The position numbers and the translations under genes were made by a program. A stretch of DNA of 64,000 nt from Anaeramoeba ignava BMAN. Lineage: Eukaryota; Protista; Anaeramoebae. Location of the stretch: the NCBI GenBank assembly GCA_028826165.1, contig JAPDFW010000022.1, positions 186,001 through 250,000 of the forward strand, given 5' to 3'. A model generated the notes under the pieces. That model had not been told where the DNA came from. It searched no databases and saw nothing but the letters and a program-made list of their open reading frames with translations. Below, piece by piece: positions 25,601 to 36,995 of this stretch; position 1 is the stretch's first letter; the number at the start of each line of letters is the position of its first letter.

Positions 25601-25862
25601 TTTGAAGTTGATAGATGTAAGCAAATTGACTACTAGGATCTCCGATCACAGACATACTAGGGGAAATAGAAACGCTGTATCCAAAAGTTTGAGAAGAGTT
25701 TGGAGAATTAATTATTTGTGAAAGAGTCCAAAGATTGTCACTTTTTAATCCTTTTGATGCTGAAACTTTCTGAGTATGAACTAAACCGAAAAAAAGTAAA
25801 ATCACCACACATTTCAAATTGAAATTGTGAGTTGACTTCGACTGTTTTGAATTGATGGCCAT
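22608..25862 (-). CDS. Type I membrane protein: 7 FG-GAP-like blades, ~7 Cys-containing FN3-like domains, TM helix, short tail (1084 aa)
   Basis: Signal peptide; FGYSVSIS, FGWSSAIS, LGWNLVLS, LGNSVAIS, FGNDLAIS, FGSSVAIS, FGTSISL; W...Y...L-PG-xY FN3 pattern; TM VVVPSIIVPIVGIAIIIIIIIWI. Confidence 0.88.
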   Translation of the reverse strand: MAINSKQSKSTHNFNLKCVVILLFFGLVHTQKVSASKGLKSDNLWTLSQIINSPNSSQTFGYSVSISPSMSVIGDPSSQFAYIYQLQNGSWTSFQSFTHWSHFGWSSAISQDSSMLGVGNGPESGFSLFFFNGSQYERTDYGSWKLEDDLGPGLGWNLVLSNTLRLYVFGAPAFTAVGSIYENKLAGSYGGGMDEGLGNSVAISENPAIIIASCYFVNKVYILSATTSSIDYISHIESDLDGFGNDLAISSGGNVFVVAAMLSNTTVIYRKTGNNWVEEKVLIGDLSNFGSSVAISEDGNTLFVGANFTNKVYIYWYSGSDWEEKLVLSGPASFGTSISLLGDTSFISAPQEGKVMFYTNPTPDSKPEVTFVNCSPEYSGFQCNWTQPENNISLHFLINYGNGWFEVQDPMFDTVSNQFYQLFTSSNYSGLYGNQEYSVQIRACNFTSEGCGYPSYLVQVVARIGGVEDFKLTGGLGCIEVSWLPPNVKLIDDLPDLDHYVLGHKCEWMEDTVYQNLSNSESSYQINNLESGYSCEISMWACSTPECTDDARGEIIVGEVDVLMGPVNDFQCSSLVPLVINCSWFPPDILHTSPYYKIYYQSDSYGDENTLQTTELNISFSVSIPDELYHISISACETNQSGCGNSSLANLDSLNIPGPNIIEAIPEIEAIEIIFTPVPKAKSYILLIDEMEWLPFSSLISNGTEMIGTLENLSGNIPYYIYLFGCTQVICQSQYLGEMSQEIVVQPKLGNVTSFNCNPIVCGFECAWDELVLSDGLEAYLFTYNSESRCLDKSAANISISDLFSGKDYEISITASDSLNCQSNGYSGLSSTTSIKTDYIPSPSIIQLNSKIEEIEIIFSKITQAKSYLISVDGRISWLNFTTLNSNEDEMIGTVNKLPGNVDYYVSIRGCSDLNCTIEYAGIPNTPILIKSKLGNITSFFCNGTLSGFHCEWELMELSSGLRGYGLTYDSQTICISKLMNEISIFNLIPGVNYEISIFASSDWRCETNEYTGLPSTVSITTLSPTTEETSESSTDLKVVVPSIIVPIVGIAIIIIIIIWIRNRSKKNQKENNQEKEMELSNDI

Positions 25863-26297
25863 TTTTGCTTTTGCTCTATTTCGAAAAAAGAAAAAAAATT
25901 TTACAAAATTAATTCAAAAAGTCAAATCCAAAACAAAAACTTACTTTGAAAGTAATTGAAAAGAAGAATAAAAATGGAAATAGAGATTTGGTTTTTTTAT
26001 TTAAAATTGAAAAAAAATTTTTTTGTTTTAATTGAATAAACAAAAAAACAATAAAACAAAAAAACAAAAATAAAAAATTGTGATCAATAAACTTTTTAAT
26101 TAAATTTACAAATCAATTATTTCATATTTTAATTCAAGAAAGTAAGAAAAAAGTAAGAAAATCTTTTTATTTTTTACTTTTTTATTTATTCAATAGATTT
26201 CTTTCAATTCATACTCTTTTTCAATCACTAAAAAAAATAATTTTTCATTCATCTTCTTCTTCTCCTTTTTTTTTTGAAATTAAAATCAAAATTAAAA

Positions 26298-29200
26298 TCA
26301 AAAATCAAAATTAAAATCCCAAGAAGTTTCGAAAGAATAATTAGAAAGAGACTGAAGAGCATAACTTAATCCAGAAATACGTTTTGGATAATCTTTCATT
26401 GCCCAAGGCTCAATTAAATATTGAAAAGAAGATAAATTTTTAGAAAGAACTTTGAAAATTATATGAATAACTTTATTTTTAAGTGCAATTCTAACTAAAG
26501 CCTTAAATTTTAAATCATCTTTTTGTTTCAATTTTGAAATCTTATTGATTGATTTAATAATTTTTTGAGCAATTTCTAATGCTTTATCTTTTTGTTTCAA
26601 TTTAAGTAAACCATCAAAAAGATTCCAAATTTGATTTTGATTTTGATTTTGATTTTGATTTTGATTTTGATTGATTAATTTAAGTCCAATTTTCAGAACA
26701 TTTTCAATTTGAATAAACAAATTGTTTTGAATTAAATCCGCGAGTTTTTCATCTTTTGCTTCATTTCCAGAAACATTTTCTTTGGAAAATGATTCGAAAT
26801 GCTTCTCTATTTGTCTTGTAGTCATTTGAAGAATTAAAAGAGAAGAAAGTTTAATTTGAGAAGCTGGAACAGTGGCTTTCACATAATTTTCATCAATTTC
26901 TCCAAAATCAATTTGATGATTAAATTGGAAATTCGCTAGTAATTTGAGTGTTTTGATCAGTTCCTTTATAATTTTTTGGTTTAAAATTATTGCATCTTTT
27001 TCGTAATGGTTTTCAAGGGTTTGAATTGAAGATTGGATATCAGCAAACCATTTTTCAAGTTTAGATTGATTTAAAGCGTCTAAGATGGAAAGAACAAGAA
27101 TTTTGATGGGATTCTCTTGTTCATTTTGATTTTTTAATTTTTCTTCAATCGATAGAATCGTATTTTCAATTGTTTCTGAATGAATAGTTTTTAAAACTTC
27201 AATAATAGTTGTTGTTTGTGATTCTGTTGTTTTGGAGATAAATTTATGGAGAAAAATCTGAGAAAGTAGTTTCACGATGTTATATCCTTCAACATTATTA
27301 GGATCAATCTTAGTGTAATAATTATTTTTCATTTCAAATTTTGGATCTTCTTCTGTGTTTGCGATTATTACATAAATATTAATTTTAATTAATTCTAAAA
27401 TTTCTTGATTCCTGTCTTTTTCTTTATCCTGAATATTTTCCATTTGATTATTCTCATTGTTTTGAATTTGCACATTTTTTTCAATAATTTCTTTTTGCGA
27501 TTTCAAATCATTAATCACTTTTTCAAGTTCTAACTTTTCATTTTTCAATTTCTCTTTTTCTAGTTTAAGATTATTTATAATTTCTTCATTTTCTTTCTTT
27601 TTTTCTTTCATATTATTTTGGAAATTTGTCATTTCTTTTTCCATGTCTTGATTGAGTTCTGTGAGTTTGTCATATAGAGATTGCAATTCTGTTTGTGAAA
27701 CCTTTAATGTATCAATTTCGTTTTGAAGTTTTGTATTTTCTTGTTTTAATAATGGGATGTTTTGGAATTGTTCTTCACTTTCTTTTTCTTTGTTTTGTAA
27801 ATCTTTCATTTTTTGATTTGATTGATTAAATTTATCTTTATATTCTTTCTTCTTTTTTGATTTCTTTTCAATTTTTTGATTCAATTCTTCTTTTTCTTTT
27901 TGAATTTGTTGTAAATTTTGATTTGATTGATTAAATTTATCTTTATATTCTTTTTTCTTTTTTGATTTCTTTTCAAGTTTTTGATTTAATTCTTTTTGAA
28001 TTTGTTGTAAATTTTGATTTGATTCATTTTGATTTAAATTTGTTTTTATTAATTCTTGATTTTTTAATTTTAAATTATTCATTTCTAGTTCTAATTCTTC
28101 TTTTTCTTTTTGAATTTGTTGTAAATTTTGATTTGATTCATTAAATTTATTTTCATTCTCATTTTCTTTGTTTTGTAATTCTTCAAGTTTTTGATTTAAT
28201 TCTTTTTGAATTTGTTGTAAATTTTGATTTGATTGATTAAATTTATCTTTATATTCTTTTTTCTTTTTTGATTTCTTTTCAATTTTTTGATTTAATTCTT
28301 TTTGAATTTGTTGTAAATTTTGATTTGATTCATTTTGATTTAAATTTGTTTCTGTTAATTCTTGATTTTTTAATTTTAAATTATTCATTTCTAATTCTAA
28401 TTCTTCTTTTTCTTTTTGAATTTGTTGTAAATTTTGATTTGATTCATTAAATTTATTTTCATTCTCATTTTCTTTGTTTTGTAATTCTTCAATTTTTTGA
28501 TTTAATTCTTTTTGAATTTGTTGTAAATTTTGATTTGATTGATTAAATTTATCTTTATATTCTTTTTTCTTTTTTGATTTCTTTTCAATTTTTTGATTTA
28601 ATTCTTCTTGAATTTGTTGTGAATTTTGATTTGATTCATTTTGATTTAAATTTTTTTCTGTTAATTCTTGATTTTTTAATTTTAAATTATTCATTTCTAA
28701 TTCTAATTCTTCTTTTTCTTTTTGAATTTGTTGTAAATTTTGATTTGATTCATTAAATTTATCTTTATATTCTTTTTTCTTTTTTGATTTCTTTTCAAGT
28801 TTTTGATTTAATTCTTTTTGGATTTGTTGTAAATTTTGATTTGATTGATTAAATTTATCTTTATATTCTTTTTTCTTTTTTGATTTCTTTTCAAGTTTTT
28901 GATTTAATTCTTCTTGAATTTGTTGTGAATTTTGATTTGATTCATTTTGATTTAAATTTGTTTCTATTAATTCTTGATTTTTTAATTTTAAATTATTCAT
29001 TTCTAATTCTAATTCTTCTTTTTCTTTTTGAATTTGTTGTAAATTTTGATTTGATTCATTAAATTTATTTTTGTATTCATTTTCTTTGTTTTGTAATTCT
29101 TCAATTTTTTGATTTAGTTCTTTTTGGATTTGTTGTAAATTTTGATTTGATTCATTAAATTTATTTTCATTCTCATTTTCTTTGTTTTGTAATTCTTCAA

Positions 29201-31014
29201 TTTTTTGATTTAATTCTTTTTGAATTTGTTGTAAATTTTGATTTGATTCATTTTGATTTAAATTTGTTTCTGTTAATTCTTGATTTTTTAATTTTAAATT
29301 ATTCATTTCTAATTCTAATTCTTCTTTTTCTTTTTGAATTTGTTGTAAATTTTGATTTGATTCATTAAATTTATCTTTATATTCTTTTTTCTTTTTTGAT
29401 TTCTTTTCAAGTTTTTGATTTAGTTCTTTTTGAATTTGTTGTAAATTTTGATTTACTTTATTAAATTTATCTTTATATTCTTTTTTCTTTTTTGATTTCT
29501 TTTCAAGTTTTTTATGTAATTCTTTTTTCTTTTTTGATTTCTTTTCAAGTTTTTGATTTAGTTCTTTTTCTTTGTTTTGTAATTCCTCAATTTTGTTGTT
29601 TTGCAATTCCTCAATTTTGTTGCTTTGTAATTCCTCAATTTTGTTGCTTTGTAATTCCTCAATTTTTTCTTCAATCTGAGGAAGCTCTTTGAACTTAAAT
29701 TCATCCAAAATATCAGATTCTAATTTAGATTCTTCAATATTTTCATGAAGATTTTGTAATTTTTCAATTTGATTTTTTAAATCTAAAATCTCTTGATAAT
29801 TTTGAAGTCGTTGATCATATTCAATAATTAATTTGGTGGAATCATTATCATTTTGATTTTGAACCAATTCAAACCAGGTTTTCAAAACTTCGTAATTAAT
29901 TTGTATTTTCATTTTGGAAAATATTTTCAGAAGAGAAAGTATAAGTTTGGTATTTTTTAAATTTTTGAACATATCAATATAATGACGTTCTGTTAATTTT
30001 GAAAATTCAGGTGTTAAATAGAAATCATATCCTTGATTAATAAGTTCGAGTGTAAGATTTTCCATTTTTTGTTTTAAAAAATAAAGAAATAATCCTTCTC
30101 CTTCCGAATTTCGGAACAAATTGATTTTAGCAGTCAATGTGTTATCATTACGAAATATACTCAGTAGTTGTTTTTCATCCGAAATGCTTGTCATTTTCTA
30201 ATTATTTTTATTTAAATTTAAATTTTTTATTTTTTGGATCAAATTAAAAATATTTACATTCAAAAGTAGAATATTTTCTTCCATTTTGTTTCTTAATGCT
30301 TTCACTTGGATTAAAGCATTAAACCATAAATCTCTTGTATGAGGACTGTCTGGCTCTAAAAAATAATCCCGATTTGGAATGGAAATTTTGATAAAATTAG
30401 AATATTCGTCTTTGGAAATATCTGTTATCTAAATAAATTGGGAAAAAAAATGATTAGTTTTTTTTTTTATCATTTTATTATTTTATTTACATTTGAAATT
30501 TTGATTTGGCCAAGTGGTTTTGTATCATTAAAAGATTTTGAATATTTTAAATAGAAATCATCTAATTCAAACCAACGAAGTCTTTTAGCTTTATTTTTTT
30601 CACCTTTTTTCCTCAAAAATCCACAAAATCTAAGAAATTTTTTTTGATCCTTTTTTTTTTTTTTAAATTTTTAATAAATAAAAAAAAAGCAAAAAAAAAA
30701 GAAGCTAAATTACAATTTTTGGAGTAACATGACCAGAAAAAGCAGCAACATGAGCTTGAATAGATTGAACATTAATAAAAAAATTAATCAAAAAAAACGA
30801 ATAGATAAAAAAAAAATAAACACAACTTACCAAGTTCCCATTTGTTATGCCAATATTCAATTTTTATTGGTAATAAATCAGTATCAAAAACAACTGTAAA
30901 TCCATTAAAAGGTTCACTTTGAAAAAAATAACGAAAATGTGTTTGTGTTGGTGAAAGTACTTCAACAACAAGAGTTACAATAGAATTTGCATTTGGTTCT
31001 TGAAATAAATTCAT
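26298..31014 (-). CDS. PH domain, long modular coiled coil and two RUN-like domains (four short 5' exons in 31014-~30258, long last exon from ~30197)
   Basis: Spliced PH: GFLRKKGEKNKAKRLRWFEL...YSKS...PLGQIKIS...IPNRDYFLEPDSPHTRDLWFNAL. C-terminal RUN: IENVLKIGLK...IWNLF...KFKALVRIALKNK...EPWAMKD...LQSLSNYSF, with a second degenerate RUN upstream. Confidence 0.8.
27800..29660 (-). repeat. Coding tandem repeat, 306-bp period built from 96/96/114-bp modules
   Basis: Near-identical antisense ORFs start at 27962, 28268, 28574 and 28880. Confidence 0.92.
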
Positions 31015-31141
31015 CCCTAAATTATATTTTTTTTTTTAAAGATTGAGAAAAAAAAATGAAAAAAAAATTTTTTGCTTTTTTGATTTTTCATTTTTCATTT
31101 TTTTTTTCACTTTCTTTTTTTTTTTCTTTCAATTTTTAAAT

Positions 31142-32002
31142 ATGGATGAAATTGTAACTGAAGAACAACAACAAAAATATCAAGATGTTTTTAACTTATT
31201 TGATAAGAATTGTGATGTAAAAAAATCAATTATGTTTTTATTTTTACTTTAATATAAAATTTTTTTTTTTTCATTTCAATTTTTAGGGTTTTCTCAATAG
31301 AGATGAAGTATCTCTTGCAATTAGAAGTTTAGATAAAATTGTGAGTGAAAAATGGATTCAAGAAAAAGTAAATTTTCTCATTTTCAAAATTGAAATATTT
31401 ATATAAAAAAAAATAATTTAATTTAAAATTTTATTCTTTCCCAATTTTTCAAAGTTAGAACAACTTGATCCAGAAAATAAAGGGTAAATAAAGAAAATTC
31501 ATCAATAAATCAAATTCTGTTTTTTTAGAGGATATTAATTTTATGATGGATTTAATTATTTTTAGTCTTGATTTCCAAAATTTTATAACTTTGGTTTCAC
31601 AAGAAAATGAATTTTCAAAAGAACAAATTGAAGAAGCATTCAATATTTTAAATAAAGTAATTATAATTTATTGATTCAAGACAATATTATTAATTAGCAT
31701 ATGCTTTTTTCTTCATTTCTTTTGGGTATTTTAGGATCAAGATGGTCTTATTCCTTTGGAAGAGCTAGAATATGTTTTGACTAATATGGGTGAACCAGTT
31801 ACAAAAGATGATCTTGAAAAAGTTCTTGAACCTTTAACTAAATCTGGAGCTGACAAGATTAATGTTGAAGGTTTGTATTACTTTTTATTTGATTTCAATT
31901 TTTTTTTATTGTTCCACTTTTTTGTTTTTTTTGCTAATCCAAAAATTTTTTCTTTTATTTTATTTAGAATTAAAAAGTCTTTTGTTGGAAGGTTTAAATT
32001 GA
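31142..32002 (+). CDS. Calmodulin/myosin light chain-like EF-hand protein, 6 exons
   Basis: MDEIVTEEQQQKYQDVFNLFDKNCD-GFLNRDEVSLAIRSL...LDFQNFITLV...IEEAFNILNK-DQDGLIPLEELEYVLTNMGEP. Several EF loops are degenerate. Confidence 0.88.
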
Positions 32003-32011
32003 TTTCTTTTC

Positions 32012-32043
<32 letters not shown>

Positions 32044-32126
32044 GAATTTCTTTCAAAAAATTTGATCGGATCTTTTTTTTTTTTTAATAATAATAATAAA
32101 AAATAAAAAATAAAAAAAAATTTTTT

Positions 32127-33804
32127 TCATTTCATCATCATTTCTTCTTTTTCTTTTTCTTTTTCTTGTATTTGATCCAATTTAAGTTGTGTTAATTTTC
32201 CATAAGTTTCAGATTCTGAAGTATTTGGTTGAATTTTGTTTTCGATTAACTTAATTGTTTGATATATTTTTGGAGTGAAACCATTAGTTTTTTGAATAAA
32301 ATTCAAAATTGAAGTGTGAATTTGATAGAATTTAACATTTTCAAGAAGAGTAAGAATTGCTTCTTCTGAAACACCTCGAATAATTTTGTTTTCATTTGAA
32401 TTCAAGTAGTTTGTACTTGAAGTATCGCTGAATTTTTTGATCCACTGTTGAGTGAAATTAATGAGTTTGTGAAAATTAGTGAAATAATTTTTTTGAACTG
32501 ATAAATTAAAAAGTTCTTTTATGTCATCTGGTTTTAAATCAAGAAAATTTTCAGGCATTTTATACTCATTTTCAATTGTTTCCAAAGTTGCATTAAGGCA
32601 TTTATTTCTTATTTCAGCGTCTGAAATAGTAAGTAAAATTTTAATAGCTGATTGTGGATTAGAATCAATACTTTTAGCCACTGATTCACGAGTTATCTCA
32701 ATTAAACTAGGAATTTTGAATTTGAACGCTGCTTTAAAAAGATCCAAATTATTTTTTTCATTAATTTCAATTTCGCCATAATAAATGTATTTCAAAATTT
32801 GCTCAATAATTTCTTCATTTATTTCAGGAAACGGGATATTTCTTGATTCCCTGCAATTAATTGAGAAATATGGAGAACGAGCTGATAAAATTGCTTTATG
32901 GCAATAGAATCGTTGATGATTTTTTCCTGAAATGATCATATCTGAAAATGTTTTTCGATGTTCAAATAAATATTTAAAATCTTCAATTAATCCATTATTT
33001 GGTTTGGAAAGTGTTTCTTGGTCTTTTGGTTCATTTAAAGAAACTGGATTGGGTATTTTTGGATTGTTTTGATTTTCTGAATAAACAATTTTTAATGAAC
33101 AATCTTGGAAATTAAGCTTGAAGTTTTCTTTGAATGAATGATTTGATTTTGATTTTTTTGGAATTTGATTTTTTATATGATTTAAAAGCATTTTGCTTGG
33201 TGGTTGTGGTTGTGGTTCTGGTAGTTTGATAGGTTTCTAAACAAATGAAAATGGCAAAATTTTTTAGTTTGATATTTGGGAAATTTAATTTATATAATTA
33301 ATTGTTTACTAATTCTGCATTGTTTTGATAATTTTCTTTAAATTGAAATATATTAGTAAAAAATTTAGAACTAAAAAAAGTTATTCTAAATAAAAATTGA
33401 TTAAAATCATAAGCATGAGAATTTGAGCTAAATTTCTATTGAAAGAAACAAAGAAAGAAAAGGAAAAATTTTTATATTTATAAATTTTAGATTTTCATTT
33501 TCATTTACGTTTTTTTGTTGAATAAAAGGTTTTGGCAATAATTCTGTCAGATTCTGTGAATATAAAATAAATAATTGACTCAAATCATAATGTATTTTTT
33601 TAAAATATTCAAGATTGATTGATAAACTAAAATTTTTTATTTTTTTAATTTTTTAAATTTTAAATTATTTTTTTTTTGTTATTAAAATTACTTTTCTTGA
33701 TCAGTTGGAATAGATACAATTTTTTCAAGAAATTTTCCAAAAAGTTCAAATAAAATTGCAATTGATTCTGTTTTTTCAAATAATATATTATCAGATTCAA
33801 ACAT
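32127..33804 (-). CDS. BTB(-BACK-like) domain protein with three short 5' exons
   Basis: FSDMIISG...FYCHKAILSARSPYF...ILKYIYYG. Upstream GT-AG exons start at MFESDNIL (33804). Confidence 0.82.
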
Positions 33805-33899
33805 ATTATTTTTATTTATATTTTTGAAAAGAAAAAAAATGAAAAAAATAAAAAAGGAAAAAAAAATTTATTCCACTTTTTAATTTAAATTTTTAATTT

Positions 33900-36800
33900 T
33901 CATTTCAAAGATTCCTTTGATTTTCCACATCTAACACAATAATAATTAGAATTTCCAAAATAAGAAACTAAACAAATCTGGTGATAAGCATGACCACAAA
34001 AAAAGGAAACAATAATTTCACTTGAATCCCACTCGAATTGAGCACCACAATAAGAGCAGAAATGGGAAACCTGAACACCTTGTCTCATTTTGTCATTCAA
34101 ATCAAGAGCCAAATTACTTGAATCACGAGAAACGCAATTTCTTAAAGATTTGACAAGAGAAACCTTTTGTGAAAATTGCCTGACCAACTTTTGGATTCCA
34201 GTTCCTAATTCCTTGATTTCGATTCCTTTTGGGATTCGGTAAATGATATCTGTGAGTCGGAATTCCAATTTGGGAACAGATTCAAGAAGTTGTGGGAAAT
34301 ATTCAGGGTTATTTTTGCAAAACATGAACAATTCCTTTCTGAGTTGTCTGTCGTTTTCTGAAGACACAAAATTAAGAGCTTCTGTGAAATTTCTCTCATT
34401 ATATAATAAGTTCTGTAAGACTTCAAGTCTTTTCCCCAATTTGGAGAGGATAAATGTGGTTTCTTGGTACATTTTGTTCTTTTCACAAATTTCCAAGACT
34501 TCTTCTAAAGGAAGATAATTTGAATACTCGAGAAAACTGTTGAGAAGAGAAGAAGGCGAAAATTCAATGTATAATTCAACAACCAAAAGTTGGTGATCTT
34601 TTAATAACGCTTGATCCAACTCAAATACTCTCTTGAGATAAAGAAATAAATCGCTTCGATATTTTGGATAATTCAATTGATCCACAACAGCATCAAGAGG
34701 GAATTTGTCCATTTTTTCAACTATTAATTCAATTGCTTTCTGTGGATCAAGATCGACTAGATCTTGAATCAAAAGACTGAGTTTGCTTGAATCTTGGATT
34801 CTGTCAATATTGTCAAACGAGTTTGCATCTCCCAATTTGATTTGCACAAAAAAATACTCGTCATAGCGATTGAGTAATTTATAGAAGTGGGCAAGAATGA
34901 ATAGATAGAAGTCTCTTGTTTGTGCTTTGATAAGATTTTTCTCGTTGATTTCATCCAAATTATTTTTTTCGTCCGAATTCTCCTTTTCATACAGCTCTTC
35001 ATTCTTGTAAAAAAATTCATTCTTTCTGACAAGAAAAGCCTCCAGTAAAGTTTCAATATCATAGAAATGAGTTGGTGAAGTTTTGATTAAATCATGCAAT
35101 CGCTGGAAATTCTCATTCTTCTGGAAAACAGAATTGAGAAACATTTCATAGCATTCAGGCTTTAATTGATAAAGGTTTTCGTCAAACGGAATATAATCAA
35201 TGATTTGGATGGCCTGATTGTGCTGAACAAAATTAAAAATCCATTTGGGCCACAATTCGGGATTTTTTTGGCATATTTCGTTGCAAATTGCGGCTGCTTT
35301 TTCATATTTCTGCTTATAAAATAAATGATGCACATAATATTCATTTAATTTTTCAAGCGAATATTTGTTCAGGAAATTATCAGGATTCTTGGCAATAAAC
35401 AAGCAATCTTTATACTTCCCATTTTCCAAAAGCCAATCAATTGTTTGATCATTTTGCTTGATCGAACCCTTCAATATTTGCTGAGGTGATGAAAAGAAAA
35501 ATGCTGTGAAATCTTCATGATTGCTTAATAGCCTCAATTCCTTTGGCTCTGAAATTCCTGCTCCTTGGAGAGGAAGAGTGACTACATCCTCTTCTTTGCT
35601 TGAAGCTATTGAAATCAAACGAAGCTGGGGATAAAAATGCAAATCAACAAAAATGTCAGAAGCAATATCTTCATCTAAATCAAAATTTTCATCATTTTTC
35701 AATTTTTTATTAATTCTGTTCTGAATTTCCATTAATTCATCTAAATTATCAACAGTTAATAGAATGAGATGCTCAAAAAAAAATCCAAATCCACAAACAA
35801 TAAAAGAAAAGTGATATTTTTTCACAAAATTCAACTTGCTTGTTTTGATATTAAAATTATATTCAAACATTTGATTTTGTGATAAAATAAAAATTTGCTT
35901 TTCTGGTTCTTTCCATTTAATTTCATAAACTTCATAATCTTGATTTTGCGACAATTTTCGATTTTCTCCTAAATCTGTATCTAAAAGTACGCTCTTTAAT
36001 TTTATATAGATAGATATATAAAAAATGATTTCAAATGAATTGCTTGTTTTTCTTTTTGTTTTTGTGAAAATTTTTTTACAGAAATGATTTCTTGTTTGTT
36101 AACATTATAAATGAGTAATTTTTCCGAATTTCCAAAAGCAATCAATGAATTGCTCCATGAAATCATTTTTATTCCGTTTTCTAAAGAATAAATATAGGTT
36201 TCCTTTTGGAATTGATCCAATTCTAAAAATCAAAATCAACAAAAAAAAAAGTGGATCGAATTATTTAAAAGAAAAAAAAAAAATAATTATTTCTACCTTT
36301 TGATCTTAAATTTAAAGTTCCTTTTTTGTTTAATACAATTAGTCTTTCATTAACTGAATTTGAAGAATAATTTGGATCAATGAGAATTTTGACAATTTTT
36401 AAAGAAGATGAAAAATTTGCAATTTGATTGCTAGCAAAATCAATAATTTGAACAGAATCTTTGAAAGAAAGAAAAAAAAAACAAATGAAATTATTGATAT
36501 TTTTTTTTTTTGGAAAATTAAATTACAATTTTCAAAATGAACACAAATATATTTTGCAAAATTATCAACAGATAAATTAAGGATTGGTTCATTAAAACGA
36601 AATTGTGTTGGTTTTGCTTGTTTTTTTTCTAAAGATAAAATGTAAAGATATCCATTTGTTGTTCCAAAAATCTTATTATAAAACAAAATTTTTTTTTTAA
36701 GAAAAGTTAAAAAATTTAATTGAAAAAAAAAAAATATATAATAAAAAATTTACTATAAATGATTTAACAATTTGAACACAAGATATTTTTCCATAAAATA

Positions 36801-36929
36801 ATGATTCTTGTTCCTTTTCATATTGACTTTGTTCGTCTTCTTGTTCATTTTCTTGTTCATATTGTTGATTTTCAAATCCAATATTTGCAAGATTATGATA
36901 GAAAAAAAATCAGTTAAATTTAAATTCAT
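33900..36929 (-). CDS. VPS41: HOPS subunit VPS41 (divergent), multi-exon 5' end, apparent homopolymer frameshifts near 36905 and 36020
   Basis: WD40-like N-terminus (IFGTTNGYLYIL); IDWLLENGKY, AAAIC...LWPKWIFNF, YIP...YEMFL; clathrin-repeat VELYIEF...FLEYSNYLPLEEVLEIC; C-terminal RING-H2 CSYC...FFCGHAYHQIC...CVRC. Confidence 0.88.
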
Positions 36930-36995
36930 TTTAAAAAAGAAAAAATAAAAAAATGAAAATGAAAAATAAAAATTCATTTTTTTTCTTTTTAAAAA
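36930..36995. promoter_or_regulatory. 66-bp divergent promoter with back-to-back TCATTTT initiator-like motifs
   Basis: AAAATGAAAATGAAAA (minus-strand TCATTTT) followed by AATTCATTTTTTTTC, between the VPS41 and RCC1-BTB start codons. Confidence 0.6.

Noticed and set aside
27962-29692. Repeated 60-aa + strand ORFs
   Set aside because: Antisense shadows of the 306-bp coding repeat.
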